NCBI RefSeq assembly: GCF_018977255.1
Contig: NW_024704743.1
Location: 112,406,001 to 112,470,000, forward strand
Direction of reading: 5' to 3'
Length of the DNA: 64,000 nucleotides
Source: Callorhinchus milii
Taxonomy: Eukaryota
Under the pieces are notes generated by a model. The model made no database searches. It saw only the letters and a program-made list of their open reading frames with translations, and was not told where the DNA came from. Shown here in pieces: positions 24,480 to 36,330 of this stretch (position 1 is the first letter of the stretch; every line of letters begins with the position of its first letter). A program made the translations under genes and the position numbers.

Positions 24480-24870
24480 GTTGGTAACACTTGCCTTTGG
24501 GTCAGAAGATTGGGTGTCAAAGGGATCAATATTCACAGTCATCTGAAACTCCAGGGCAGTTATATGGAAGTGGTACATTGTCATAGCTGCTGTCATTTGG
24601 GCAAGTTGTTAAAATGAGATGTTAAAAATGAGCCCCCATTTGTCTGTTCTTCAAGTAGATGTTAAGGATCTCATGACACTATTCTTGGTCATTGATCCTC
24701 CAGGTAAAACTGGACATTAACTACATGGTTGTTTGTGGGACATTGATTTGCGCAAAAATTACTGCTATGTTTGCCGCCAAAAACAGTCATTAGATTCTCC
24801 AATAAATACGGTAAAGCACTTGGAGATGTTTCGACAAGATTGTTATAAAATACAAGCTTCTCTTTCTTCT
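24480..24870 (+). mobile_element. Older DeuSINE copy
   Basis: Has head remnants, GATGTTAAGGATCTCATGACACTATT, GTGGGACATTG and the tail. Confidence 0.65.
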
Positions 24871-24959
24871 TTCAATGGAATAATATCAAAATATAGCCCG
24901 CTGAAATGTAAGGCATTAAACTGTTTTAAATTATAGTCCATAAAGATTCTCACTTAGCA

Positions 24960-26311
24960 TAATAATAATAATGCTTGCATTGATAATGTGCCTTTCACAC
25001 TGGGAGGGTGTCTCAAAGCACTTTGCAGGAATCGCTGTAATTGTATTTTGTAAGTGAACACGGCAGCCAATTTGTTTATAGCAATGTCCCACGAACAGCA
25101 ACTCACTGTTTGAAAAAATTTCTCCTCACCTCCCCTCTGGTTCTTTTGGCAACTATTTTAAATCTGTGTCCTCTGGTTACCAATCCACCTGCCAATGGAA
25201 ACAGTTTCTCCCTGTTCACCCTATCAAATCCCCTCATAATTTTGAACACCTCTATTAAATGTTCCCTTAGCCTTTTCTGCTCCAAGGAGAATAATCCTAG
25301 CTTCTCTAGCCTCTCCTGATTACTGAAGTCCCTCATACCTGGTACCATTCTGGGAAAAGCAGAATGGTACCAGGAATGTCCAGGATTATAGTCTCTAGAA
25401 GTTTCCCCACTACTGACTTTGGGCTGACTGGTCTGTAGTTCCCAGGTTTATCCTTCTCCCCCTTTTTGTACAGGGGAGTAACATTTGCAACCCTCCAGTC
25501 CACTGGCACCACCGTGATATCCAAGGAGTATTGAAAGATCGTGGTCAGAGCCTCCACTAGTTCCATCCTTCCTTCCCTCAGTAACCTAGGATGCATCCCG
25601 ACCGGACCGGGTGACTTATCTACCTTGGGCACCGTCAACCTTTTTGGTAACTCTTCTCGGTTTATTTTTATCCTATCCAATTTCTCTACCCTCTCCTCCG
25701 ATACTGTGGTATTGGCTGTACCCTCTTATGTGAAGACAAATGCAAAGTACTCATTCAGTACGTCAGCCATACCCTCTGCCTCCACAAGAAGATTTCCTCT
25801 TTGGTCCCTAATCGGCCTCACCCTACCTTTGACTAACCTTTTATTCTTTACAAGCTTATGATACTTTAGGGTTCCCTTTTATGTTACCTGCTAATGTTTT
25901 TTCATACAATCTCTTTGCCCCTTTTATTTCCTTTTTCAGTTCTCCTCTGTAGTTTCTATATTCTATTTGATTATCTTCTGTATTTTGGACCTGACATTTA
26001 TTATAAACCTCCTTGTTCTGTTTTATTTTAATCCCAATTTCCTTAGTCATCCAGGGAGCTTTGGATGCTCTACCCTTCTGCTTCGTGGGAATGTATTTGT
26101 TCTGTTCCTGAACTATCTCCTCTTTGAAGGCTTCCCATTGCTCATTACCGATTTACCTCCCAATCTTTCTTTCCAGTCCACCTTGGCTAGATCCCTTTCC
26201 AATTCACTGAATGTGGAGTAAGGAAATTTGCCTAACATTTCGCCCTGCCGGGAATCAAACCCAGTTTTCTCACTTGTGAGGCGAGTGCTCTAAATACTGA
26301 TCTACAGGGCC
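24960..26311 (-). mobile_element. Chimeric SINE head (26212-26311) + CR1 ORF2 fragments + SINE tail (24960-25099)
   Basis: All three parts are on the minus strand and abut directly. The SINE's middle section is missing. Confidence 0.8.
25100..26210 (-). pseudogene. CR1 LINE ORF2 remnant, internally deleted (RT core and 3' tail absent)
   Basis: Segments LKKEIKGAKRLYEKTLAGNIKGNPK and VDKSPGPVGMHPRLLRE...PLYKKGEKDKPGNYRPVS..SVVGKLLETII are followed by a jump to VPGMRDFSNQERLEKLGLFSLEQKRLREHLIEVFKIMRG...TRGHRFK. Confidence 0.92.
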
Positions 26312-27027
26312 TAGAACAAAGTAAATGAAGTAGCACAGCTGATCTGACAGTAACATCGGTAACCAAAATGGAAATAAATATATTTAGCAACAAGGTGTGA
26401 CTAACACATAAATATAGATAGTTAGCCTTTTCTTGTGCAATACATCCTTCTTAAATATGTACGGCTTTGCAGTTCCTTATCCAGTCCAATAGAAACGATT
26501 GTAAGAGAGCATAGTTCATGCCCAGAAAACAAAACTTGCACCAAGGGTTTTAACAACAAAAGGCTTATTTTGATAAGGAAGCTATCACTTTTCGCAGGCG
26601 TCTTCTCCAGACTCTCCCATCTCTTTCTAGTGCCCAGCTATATATTGGTGCTGATTCATTAAGTGGATGCTATTGCCCAATTCACACTTGTGTGCTGAAC
26701 TTCAAACAATCCTGATTGGAGTCCTCCCCTTGTTAGCTACCTTGATTGAGGCATCTTTTTCTGAACATCTCAAAAAAACACTCTCTTTTACACCTAAGTG
26801 GAGCATCACTATCCTTGAAAGCAGGGAGAAGGTTTATTCCCCTGTCACACTGATATTCCCGGAAAGGGCTGTATAAACAGGTCAGGAGCAGCTGTTGTGG
26901 TTGTGGTTGCCTCAAGAGAATGCCCAATACCATAAATTCTTTCTTTAGGCACATCATTGGAGCAAAGGGAAATCCAGAGAGTACAGCAAAGAGGGGGGAG
27001 GGGATGTATCATGAGGTGTAAGAGAGG

Positions 27028-27455
27028 TGTCAGCCTGGTTCAGTTGGTCATACATTCACTTCTGAGTAAGAAGGTTTTGAGTTCAAGCTTTATATCAGCA
27101 CTTTGAATTCATAATCTAGGTTGAACAGTTCAGTGCAGTGCTATGGGCCAGTTACATTGTTGGTGTCATTTGGATGAGATATTACACTGAAGTCCCGTCT
27201 GTCCATTCAGGTTAAAGATCCCATGGCACTACTCAAAAAGACAAGGGAGTTTCTCCTGGTGTCATGGTCAACAATCTTCCAGATAAAATTGATCATTAAA
27301 CCTATTCATGCCTGTTCGTGGGACATTGATGACACAAATTGGCCTCCATTTGCCAGCAAATACAGTCACTCAACTCTCCTTTAAATCCTATTAAGTGTTC
27401 TGAGACATTTCAGTAACATGATAAGGTGCTATATTAAATACAAAGATTATTATTA
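27028..27455 (+). mobile_element. Near-complete older DeuSINE (SacSINE1/AmnSINE1-like)
   Basis: Has a tRNA-like head, the long Deu-like domain (GATCCCATGGCACTA...GGGAGTTTCTCCTGGTGTC...GTGGGACATTG) and an L2-like tail ending in (ATT)n. Confidence 0.8.
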
Positions 27456-28284
27456 CAAATCAAATACAGTGGTATTCTCAAATAACACCAATGTCTGGAT
27501 GTTTATTTGTTATGTTGACTGACTAGACATTTCTCGTATATAAGTAGAATTTTCTTGATTTACAGAAATTCAACTCTTCACATAAACAGGTTGAAGTGGA
27601 AAGGATTCACGTTGATTCACCGTAAAGTGTAGTTACTGTGCATTTTGTGCACTGCATTGGGCTTTTCACCCATAAAATATACAGTCAATTTACTTTATAT
27701 TCTGTGAAGGATTTTGAAGTGTATCAAAGGTGTGATAAGGCGCTATATCAAATGCAAGAATTATTATTATTTTGTAGGCAAACAAACAATCTATTATTAA
27801 GATTACAGGTTACAGATTGTAAGATAGCTGTCTGGATATTGCTCTTATCCGGCAAGTCTGCCTGTCAACAACTTGGTGTATTTTCTTTTCCACTGCTGTC
27901 TTATGCCTACAATCACTGCATTTTACAGTATATCCTGTGAAGCGCTTTGAGGCATCCTCAACATGAAAGGATTTTTATTATCATTATTAAGTATCAGATT
28001 CAAGCATTTCAAAGGGTACCATTCCTCTGGTAGCATTTATGTGTTGGAAAAACTAACCATAGTAAGGGAGGATGAGACAACAACCAAGATCCAAGGAATG
28101 AAACATGCTTCCTGGAACCGCCCACCGTGAGTGCCATTTGGACACATTCCTCGATTCCTGTCACACATATAAAAAGGGCTACAGCTTTATCTGAGAGACC
28201 AGGTGTCTTTAATCACCAAGTGATATAAAAATAGGAGGGATATACTTTGATAATTATGCTGCTGTACAGGTAGGATATAATAAC

Positions 28285-28437
28285 AGTAATAATAATAATA
28301 ATATTCCTTGATTTGATATAGTGCCTTTCAGGGCAGGAGGACATCTCTAAGTGCTTCACAGGATTTATTGTGAAGTGCAGCGACTCTATGTTGTAGGCAT
28401 ATGCAGCAGCCGATTTGAGCACAGCAATGTCCCACAA
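28285..28437 (-). mobile_element. SINE 3' fragment
   Basis: Has an (AAT)n tail, the stem-loop and ACAGCAATGTCCCACAA. Confidence 0.8.
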
Positions 28438-28929
28438 AGTGAATTATTTGAACAAGTTTGCTGAATTCAGCTGAGCTCTCTCGGGGAAAAGGGGATCTGT
28501 GCCTTTCACTAAGAGTTTTCTGTGATCAGCTAGCTGTGCCAAGCAAAGGATATCTCCTGCTCAGCAGCGAGATTTAAAATCAACTCCTACAATACCATTC
28601 TTTGTGGATGGAATTGATTCAGATCCAGTCGTTGAAGCAAAGTCTTTGAGCGATTCAGAAAATTAAGTTTATCTCTTCATTCTTTGCTCCACGTCCAACA
28701 TGCATTGTTTGGAACATGTCTTCAGTTCCATCAGAAACTCAGTATTAGATGATGCGTGTTTTTTTTAAATTGTAAGAAAAAGAATGGCTGAAACAGAGTC
28801 ATGAATCTGAGAGGGGAAGAAAGCAAGGCATTTGCTTCCAAAGCACGTAACGAAGATACAAACCTCTTCCCAAGAGTAATATGAATAAAAAAAAACAATT
28901 TTGCTTTGACATTAATAGGTTGGTCTTTT

Positions 28930-28935
28930 TTTATT
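28930..28935 (-). terminator. Candidate distal polyadenylation signal for CRISPLD1
   Basis: AATAAA on the minus strand, followed by a U-rich tract, near the end of the repeat-free stretch below the stop codon. Other AATAAA candidates exist at ~29862, ~30130 and ~30405. Confidence 0.35.
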
Positions 28936-30433
28936 TGAACTGTACAGATTTAGTAGCATACAATAAATATTTTCAGTAAGCTCAACATACTGCTATAGGA
29001 CTGTGATAAAAATGTTATCAAATGGGGTACAAGATTCAGGCACAACTGGCTAACGTGTTTTTTTCCAAACCATCTATTTCAAAACTACACAGAAAGAAGC
29101 ACAGCAGGCACATTTGCACAGAAATTCAAACGAGGAATTTGAACCTAACTTCTAGTTACCATCAGACACTGACACACTCCATCAAATGTAGGTGAGATTG
29201 TACAGCTGTTATCTGACTGCTACACACAGACACAGTGAGCAGATACAGTAGATGGAGTTCTTTCAGGCTTCATTAAAAGAAAAACAAAGATGGGAAAGAA
29301 TTGAAGTAGCAGTGAGAATTCTGTAATATCATTTGTCTTTTCGCTGATTTACAATTGATTTTAATTTCAGACGCCATATCCTTCTGTGGGAAAATAACCC
29401 TCGCTACTGTACAGTACTAAATCCTGGATCCATTCACACCAACTCATGACAAGTTGAACGGTAACACATTTTGCTTTTTAAAGGTCTTTGACTAACTACA
29501 AGAGAGAGAGAAAAGCACTTTTACATTGTAAATAGAAGTCTGTTTGAGCACATATAGTATAACCGAGTATTTGAGGTAGTGAAGATACATATTGGCAGAT
29601 AAGCATTCTCTGAGAGGCAGATTTCCTAAAATGTTTAAACATTACGAGTACAAAAGGCACCAAAACCATCAGAATAATATAAATAAATGTAATCAGCTTT
29701 GCAGTTTAAAAGCACAGCATTTTTCTTTCCATGGAAACAGGTCAACATTCGATCTTTTGTATACCATAGCACACATGATCTAAATATCACACCATACTTT
29801 GCTCACCACAGACATACCAACAAATATCTTTTGTAAAACTCTACTTGTGCACAAGCTGCCTTTTATTGTTCTCCAATGGGTTACTTATTTTTAAATAAAC
29901 ACATAGTACTGGTCTGCAAGCTTGAATGATTTAAAAAGAGAGAAAAGCGACTGAGGCGTGACATATATCCTAGGTTTTAAGGTATTGTCTGTACAAGGGA
30001 AGCTGGTTATATCTATCTAGATGAGTATGTTACTATAATATAATGTACTTCCTGGCCTGCCAGGTTGTCAAAGCCTTCAGCTCTTACATCAAATCCCATC
30101 CAATCTTGGTTTTCAGCTTTGTTTCTATTTTATTTGTGTCGTGGGGTTAGCAGCATTCTGTTAAGTAACAGTAACTTTGAAAGGCAATTTTTTTAAAAAA
30201 TGTATACAATTTACAAGGGTACATTTACTGGTAATTTACTAAGGGCCTCTCAGCAGTGTTTGGGTGATCAGCAACACTCTTTTGTAATGCAAGATACAGG
30301 GTTTGTAATGAGTTGAACACTTTCTGCCAAAAATCACAACGGAGCAAAAAAGTACAGGAAATAGTTTGCACATTCCCTTTCTTTTCTTTCTTCCAAGTGC
30401 TGCCTTTATTAGCATGTGCTTTTCTCACCAGAA

Positions 30434-30485
30434 TCAGATGATTGCAAATATTCTGAATGCTTTGCCTCCGGGTGGATTCCTAAGG
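30434..30485 (-). CDS. CRISPLD1: CRISPLD1 last coding exon: (S)LRNPPGGKAFRIFAII*
   Basis: Acceptor ttcttctag; 52 nt in the correct phase. Matches the recalled human C-terminus SLQNPPGGKAFRVFAVV. Confidence 0.95.
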
Positions 30486-31999
30486 CTAGAAGAAAGGAGT
30501 TAAAAACAAATAAATATTAAAACTATTTTTTCATGGATTGATTCTGAGTTCACAGCACTGCATTCCCTGCAGATAATTCTCATTATATTGTATTTTTGCT
30601 CACAAAATACACAGTTAATACACTTTACAATATATTCTGTGAAGCGCTTTGAGACGTCTTATTGTTATTATCCAAAAATTCACTCTATGCATTTGATAAA
30701 ACGATAAAGATAGTTATGAATGTATCTTTACATCGAGAGGCACTTTTCTGATACAAAGCACCACTTACACTGCCGTATTTTCCGATAAACACACTATTGC
30801 CACTGGAGATATTTCCAAAATTAGCAGGATACACTTATAATGGTATTTCCCCAATAGAAACACATATCTAGTTTAGTAATATCCCTAAAAGCACAGATCA
30901 ACACGCCCCAAAATCAGTGATTTATTGGGACTTTTCAAACTCTGAGGTTTATTCTAATGATCAGTAAATTTACAGGTAGGGTGGTCCTAGCTGAAGAAGC
31001 AACAGAAAGCTTGTCAGACAATACTTTCAACGGCAAGCTGTGCAGCTTTAGCTGGACCTACTCCAGCAATACCCCACTGACACTCTGAGGCCCACAAGCC
31101 TTTGGCTTCACAGTATATATTGCAAAGCGTATTAACTGTATTTTGTGGGCTAATATAATGAGAATTATCAGCAGGAAATGCAATCTCTACCCAATACTAT
31201 TCTTGGTAAAGCAGAAGGTGCGTCTCCAAGGAGAGAGTGTGCATTTTAGACAGAGGGAAATTTCCATGTGCAAATAACATATATATGTGGAACTCTCAGT
31301 CTTGTCTGGATAATGTTCAGCATTACGATGGGTTTCTACATGTGTCAGACACCCAGCCAACCAAAATAAAAGTAAATTAACAATACTAGAAATAGACCTG
31401 TATTATTTTCTATTCATTAAAAGTCCCATTACTAATTCCCCACCCACCACAGTCAATTTGTCTGACCAATTGGAGAATAATGCAAGCTCACACAAAATCA
31501 GTACATTCATTGACAAGCAGAGAATAAGCCCCTTTGTGTGTAAAAACTTAAATATAGCACAAGCCTTGCAAGTGCAATATACTAAAATATAGTGGAACTG
31601 TACACTGCTTGTTGATCAGACTGTATTTCTCAAGGATTAAACAACATTAAACATCCAGGTTGATGCCATATTCAAGATTAATAACCCTTTTGTACTGTTG
31701 GAATCTCAGCAATATCGCTTCCAGTAATAAAGTTATTATGAGAAAGGAGGGGCATTTATGAACTTCCAACTCCTATTCACATTGACCAGAGCTGAGGAGA
31801 GGGCTGTACTTGTGCAAGAAAAGGCACCCATGAACTCCAATACTGTATGTTAGATTTTTAAAGTTATTAAAAAGACATCTGTCTCTATTTCATAAGTTGA
31901 TAATTCATATCCCTGGTTAGTCTCCTCTTCTGCTTAGTTTACTTACATGAATAGTTTGCTTTATTGAATAATTTCCACTGGCCCTCCTGCTTGGCTCCC

Positions 32000-32797
32000 A
32001 TAATCATCTCCTTACCTCAGGGGCTGATGGCATCACCCTTCATGGATGCACTCTACACCTCAAGGTGCCAATACGGAACTTGACATCCTGTTCAACCATC
32101 AACTGTCCGTAATACCCCGCATCCGTTCCATGACCCGCTCTGCCTTTCCCCACTTCTGCAACATTGCCCGGCTCCGCCACTGTCACTCACCGCAGGCAGC
32201 CGAGACCCTCATCCACACTTTCATTACATCGAGGCTCAACTATACAAATTCCCTACTTGTTGGACTCCCCAAGTGCTCCCTCCACAGGCTGCAGATCATC
32301 CAGAACTCTGCAGCCCGTGTCCTCTCCCGCACCAAGCTCTGCAACCCCATCACCCCCAGCCTTGCCCAACTCCACTGGCTTCCCATCACACAGAAAATAC
32401 AGTTCAATATCCTGCTCCTCACCTTTAAAGCCCTCCATGGCCTTGCTACTCCCTACCTCTATGACCTCCTAACCCCCTACCATCCTGTCCACTCCCTCCG
32501 CCAGCGGGCTCCAGCCTGCTTCACGTCCTCCACCTCGCCCACCCACCATTGGCAGGTGGATCTTCAGCCTCTCTGCCCCCATCCTCTGGAACTCTATCCC
32601 ATAGTCCCTCAACCTCGCCCCCTCTCTTGCCTCCTTCAAGACCCGTCTCAAGACCCTCCTCTCCATCATTCCTACCCCTACCCTACCTGCCCTCTACTCC
32701 TCCTGATCCCAACCACCAGCTCGGTTGAGGATCCCTGACTATCCAGCACCTTGAAAGGTCCACTTGTCATGAAGGTGCTATACAAAGGTTGTTGTTG
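32000..32797 (+). mobile_element. 5'-truncated L2 in the last CRISPLD1 intron
   Basis: Encodes NIARLRH..PQAAETLIHTFITSRLNY.NSLL...LHWLPI, followed by the 3' UTR and (GTT)n. Confidence 0.92.
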
Positions 32798-33206
32798 AGT
32801 ATTAAATTAACAAAATTTCATTGTATAACTGGTGCGTAACACAAGCAATGAATTAATGGTGGAAAATTAAAATGACTCCTACAGTATTTGACCTATAAAG
32901 TCCAGAGACTTTGTGAACAACTATATGAAAAAATACCTTGCGAAGCAGCATTAGTAAGCCGCTTTTTGGGGATATGTGTTTATCAGCTTACAGGAGCCAG
33001 GCAGTTCTGCATACCAAACCCTTTCCACTGACTTCATTAAATACCTCACAGCACATTTGGATCGGATACATTTTTTCCAGCCTGTTCACGTTGCACTCTA
33101 CCCAATGAGGTGAGCTGTGATTTACCAGCTCGTTTCAACATTACATTTGTTTTAACCATACGTTTGGTTTCCAACTAAGTCTGCTGATTTAGTTTGTTGT
33201 TCTGAC

Positions 33207-33340
33207 CTTTCAGAGAAGATTCCGTTCTGGTATGAACCACTGTAATATTTCTTCTTGTCAATCGGCATGATGTCAATGTACCCGCCTAGATGGTTGCGAA
33301 TGATCCCAGCATGTACGGCTGTCCTGCAAATACTGGACCT
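33207..33340 (-). CDS. CRISPLD1: CRISPLD1 exon (LCCL2): [44 protein letters not shown](S)
   Basis: Boundaries ctctgcag / gtcaga; 134 nt. Carries the LCCL motif SSICRxAVHAG. Confidence 0.97.
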
Positions 33341-33465
33341 CTGCAGAGAGAGAGAAAAAAATACAAACGCATTTTACACAATGAAACAAATCTGTGCAGC
33401 ACTGCTTGGCTGAACAGCTAACTGAAAGCTATGTAAGAAACGTAGGAACAGGACTAGGCCATTCA

Positions 33466-33779
33466 TGGAGCCCTGTAGCTCAGTGGTTGAGCACTCGCTT
33501 TGCAAGTGAGAGACCTGAGTTCAATTCCAGGTCAGGGCGAAACCTTGGGCAAGTTTCCTTACTCCACACACCTGATAATAATCCCTGCAATAAACAAAAC
33601 AATAATAAATTGGTCATTTTTAATCCACGACTGTTTGTGGGACATTGCTGTGCGCAATTGGCTGCCGCGTTCGCCCACAAATATACAGTCAATTCACTTT
33701 ACAGTGTGTTCTGTGAAGCGCTTTGGGATGCCCACCCAACATGAAAAGCGCTATATCAAATGCAAGGATTATTATTATT
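33466..33779 (+). mobile_element. Full-length young SINE (short subfamily) inserted in a CR1 3' fragment
   Basis: Has A and B boxes, the Deu-like core and (ATT)n. ATTCA lies on both sides (33461-33465 and 33780-33784), and the flanks rejoin into a CR1 tail. Confidence 0.92.
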
Positions 33780-34339
33780 ATTCAGCTCCTCAAGCCTGTT
33801 CCGCCATTCTATGAGATCTGTACCTGAGCTCCAATTCAAAAATAATTCCCAAAACAAAAACAAAGTACCCAACAACGCCTCACACTTACCTTGTTTACTC
33901 AAATCTAAGGCGACCCCAAAAAGTAAAGAAGGGGTTTGGGAATAATGAGGAACTGCAATTCTTAAGATGTGCCGTGACTTTGCAAGTACTTTTGAAGAAG
34001 CAAAAAAAAATTACCCTGGGATGTAGATTTGTGTTTCACACAGATAACATTTCAAAGTGTTTAAGTATTGTAAAGGTTAATGATTCAGCTTACTCGTAGG
34101 AAGCACGGTTAAATTATAGCTTGCAGCATTGAGGAAACAAAAGAAGGTAATTTAAATTGGCATTGCCGCTCGCTGTTTCAGGTCCTCCCTTTTAAACTTA
34201 GGCATGTAAATTATGAAATAACCAATAATGTTCTTAAGTATAAAATACTTCATCATTGGAGAAATTTCTCCATGAAAGTACTTAAAAACTACAAAATGAT
34301 AACTCAGGTCTGAGTATGTATGGTTGGGACTTCAGTAAA

Positions 34340-34625
34340 CTTTGGATGAGATGTTAAAGCGAGGTGCCATCTGCCTGTTAGGGTGGACATTAAAGATCTC
34401 AACGTATTATTGGAAAAAAGAAAGAAGTTTTCTTCCAGTGTCCTGGCCAACAATACTGCCAGACAAAATTAGTCACTCACATCATTGGTGCAAATTGGCT
34501 GCCACGTAAGTCTACTAATACAGTCACAATAAAATCCCATAAAACGCTTTGAGCCATCTCGACAACAAGAGGCACTATATCAAATATGAGCATTATTCAT
34601 TATTATTATTATTATTATCATTATT
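34340..34625 (+). mobile_element. Older DeuSINE fragment
   Basis: Contains TTTGGATGAGATGTTAAA...GTGGACATTAAAGATC...GTGTCCTGGCCAACA and the tail. Confidence 0.7.
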
Positions 34626-34816
34626 AGTGTGGTAAGGATTCAATCTCAGGTATACTCACTCTACAATTAACTTACAGTCCCTCTCTTGACCCGACCTACT
34701 CTGAATCCTTCCTCCCAAAGAGGGGAGCTGAGGGCACAGGTCAATCCAAGATGGAACTCACACATATGAATCTCAGGGTAAAAGGGTCTGACTCTATTTA
34801 TTCAATCCACAACTGT

Positions 34817-34963
34817 TTAAGGGATGCTGCTGTGCACAATTGGCTGCTGCTGCGTTTTGCCCACAAAATAAACAGTCAATTCACATTGCAGTATATTCTG
34901 TGAAGCATTTTGAGACGTCTCAAAGACGTGATAAGATGCTATACCTAATGCAAGGATTATTAT
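34817..34963 (+). mobile_element. SINE 3' fragment
   Basis: Has the GCTGTGCACAATTGGCTGC core and the tail. Confidence 0.8.
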
Positions 34964-36044
34964 TCCCGGAGCAATTGGGCCATATACATTTTGGTAAGAA
35001 TTCATATAACTGAAGCCCTTGGAAAAAACAGACAGCTGCTGCAGCTATTAAAATATTTTATGTGTAGTGCGTCTTCCGACAAGGATTTAAAATCACTCAG
35101 TCAAACCTAATCAGGAATGTTTCCCTTTACCCGTTTATCTGGCGTTAGAACCCAAAAGATTTTAAGAGTACCCAAAAGGTTGAGTCAAGACCATGCACGT
35201 GTTTGATTTAACTGCTCAGAGTGAATAGTTAAGTATCATAAGGATCAATCTGAGGCTCTTGCTGTGATTCAAATATAATGGAGTAATTTAAATAATATTG
35301 ACATCTGGTGAACACATTAACATTCTTTACATCTGGCTCACTCTGCTTAACAAAAGTGGTGGTGCTTAGACAGAGCAAATTCTGTATTCTATCAGTCAAA
35401 TACAGCTATATGCAGTTATTTCCTTGTCTTCCAGTGTCATTCCTCGCATGCACGTGCTATTTAATGCATTGCATAAGCCAATATAAACACTTCATGATGG
35501 ATTATATAACCACTCTTTATTGCCGCACTGTGAGCACACTTGGACTGAGTTTTGTAGGTCACTGAACCCCGATTATCACTGTGCTCAATTCATCATTCTC
35601 CTTTCTACCGCCATTCAGTAACATTCAGGAGACCAGAGACATCTAATCAGACAACTTTTCATTTTGCACAGCTTTAACATAATCTGCACTGTCAAATGCA
35701 ATGCTAAGCCTTTCTGTTACTGTATCAGAACTCACTGCAAATTGTGTTAGGGCATATTTCAAAATTATATTAAAAAATTACACAAATATTCAAATGATGA
35801 CCACTTTCAGCTGAAAGTTGAATCAACAGCATTTGTAAGTTTAGCTTATTCAACAAAGCTGGCTGTTGCAACAGTAAAGAAAAACAAATACTGTAAACAG
35901 TAGAAGTAACAAAGTACGTACCAGGGTAATTCACATGACAGTAACTTCAAAACCAGTACAGACTCTTGGTTTATTCATTTGATTGGTGTTTCACAATTAA
36001 AGTAATTGCTGAAGTTGAAAAAGCAATAAAGTGTTTAAAAAAAA

Positions 36045-36330
36045 CTAATCCTTGCATTTGATTTAGTATCTTTTCATATCATTGAGGCGTCTGAAAGGGC
36101 TTCACAGGATATACTGTTATTTAGTGACTGTGAATTTTGTGGGCGATCAAGGCAGCCAATTTGTGCACAGCAATAGCCCATAAACAGCCATGAATGAATA
36201 AGTGATTTTATTTGGGGGAATTGTTGGTCAGGATACGAGGAGAAACTCTCTTCTCTTTTTGTATAGTGCCATGGGAACTTTAATGTCCACCAGAAGAGGT
36301 GGATGGGACCTTCGTTTAACGCCTCATGCG
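36045..36330 (-). mobile_element. Older DeuSINE copy
   Basis: Has the tail, the core and ATAGTGCCATGGGAACTTTAATGTCCACC...GGGACCTTCGTTTAACGCCTCAT. Confidence 0.8.

Noticed and set aside
26733-26957. 74-aa minus-strand ORF as a downstream gene exon
   Set aside because: No recognisable family, no partner exons and no clear splice signals.
30408-30485. Alternative reading of the last exon (LGIHPEAKHSEYLQSSDSGEKSTC*)
   Set aside because: The preceding exon ends in phase 2, which selects the conserved SLRNPPGGKAFRIFAII* frame.
33468-33540. tRNA-Ala(TGC) gene (also the heads at ~11950-12029 and ~12690-12758)
   Set aside because: The sequence is cloverleaf-like with A and B boxes, but the T-stem is imperfect and it continues into a SINE body and tail. 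These are SINE heads.
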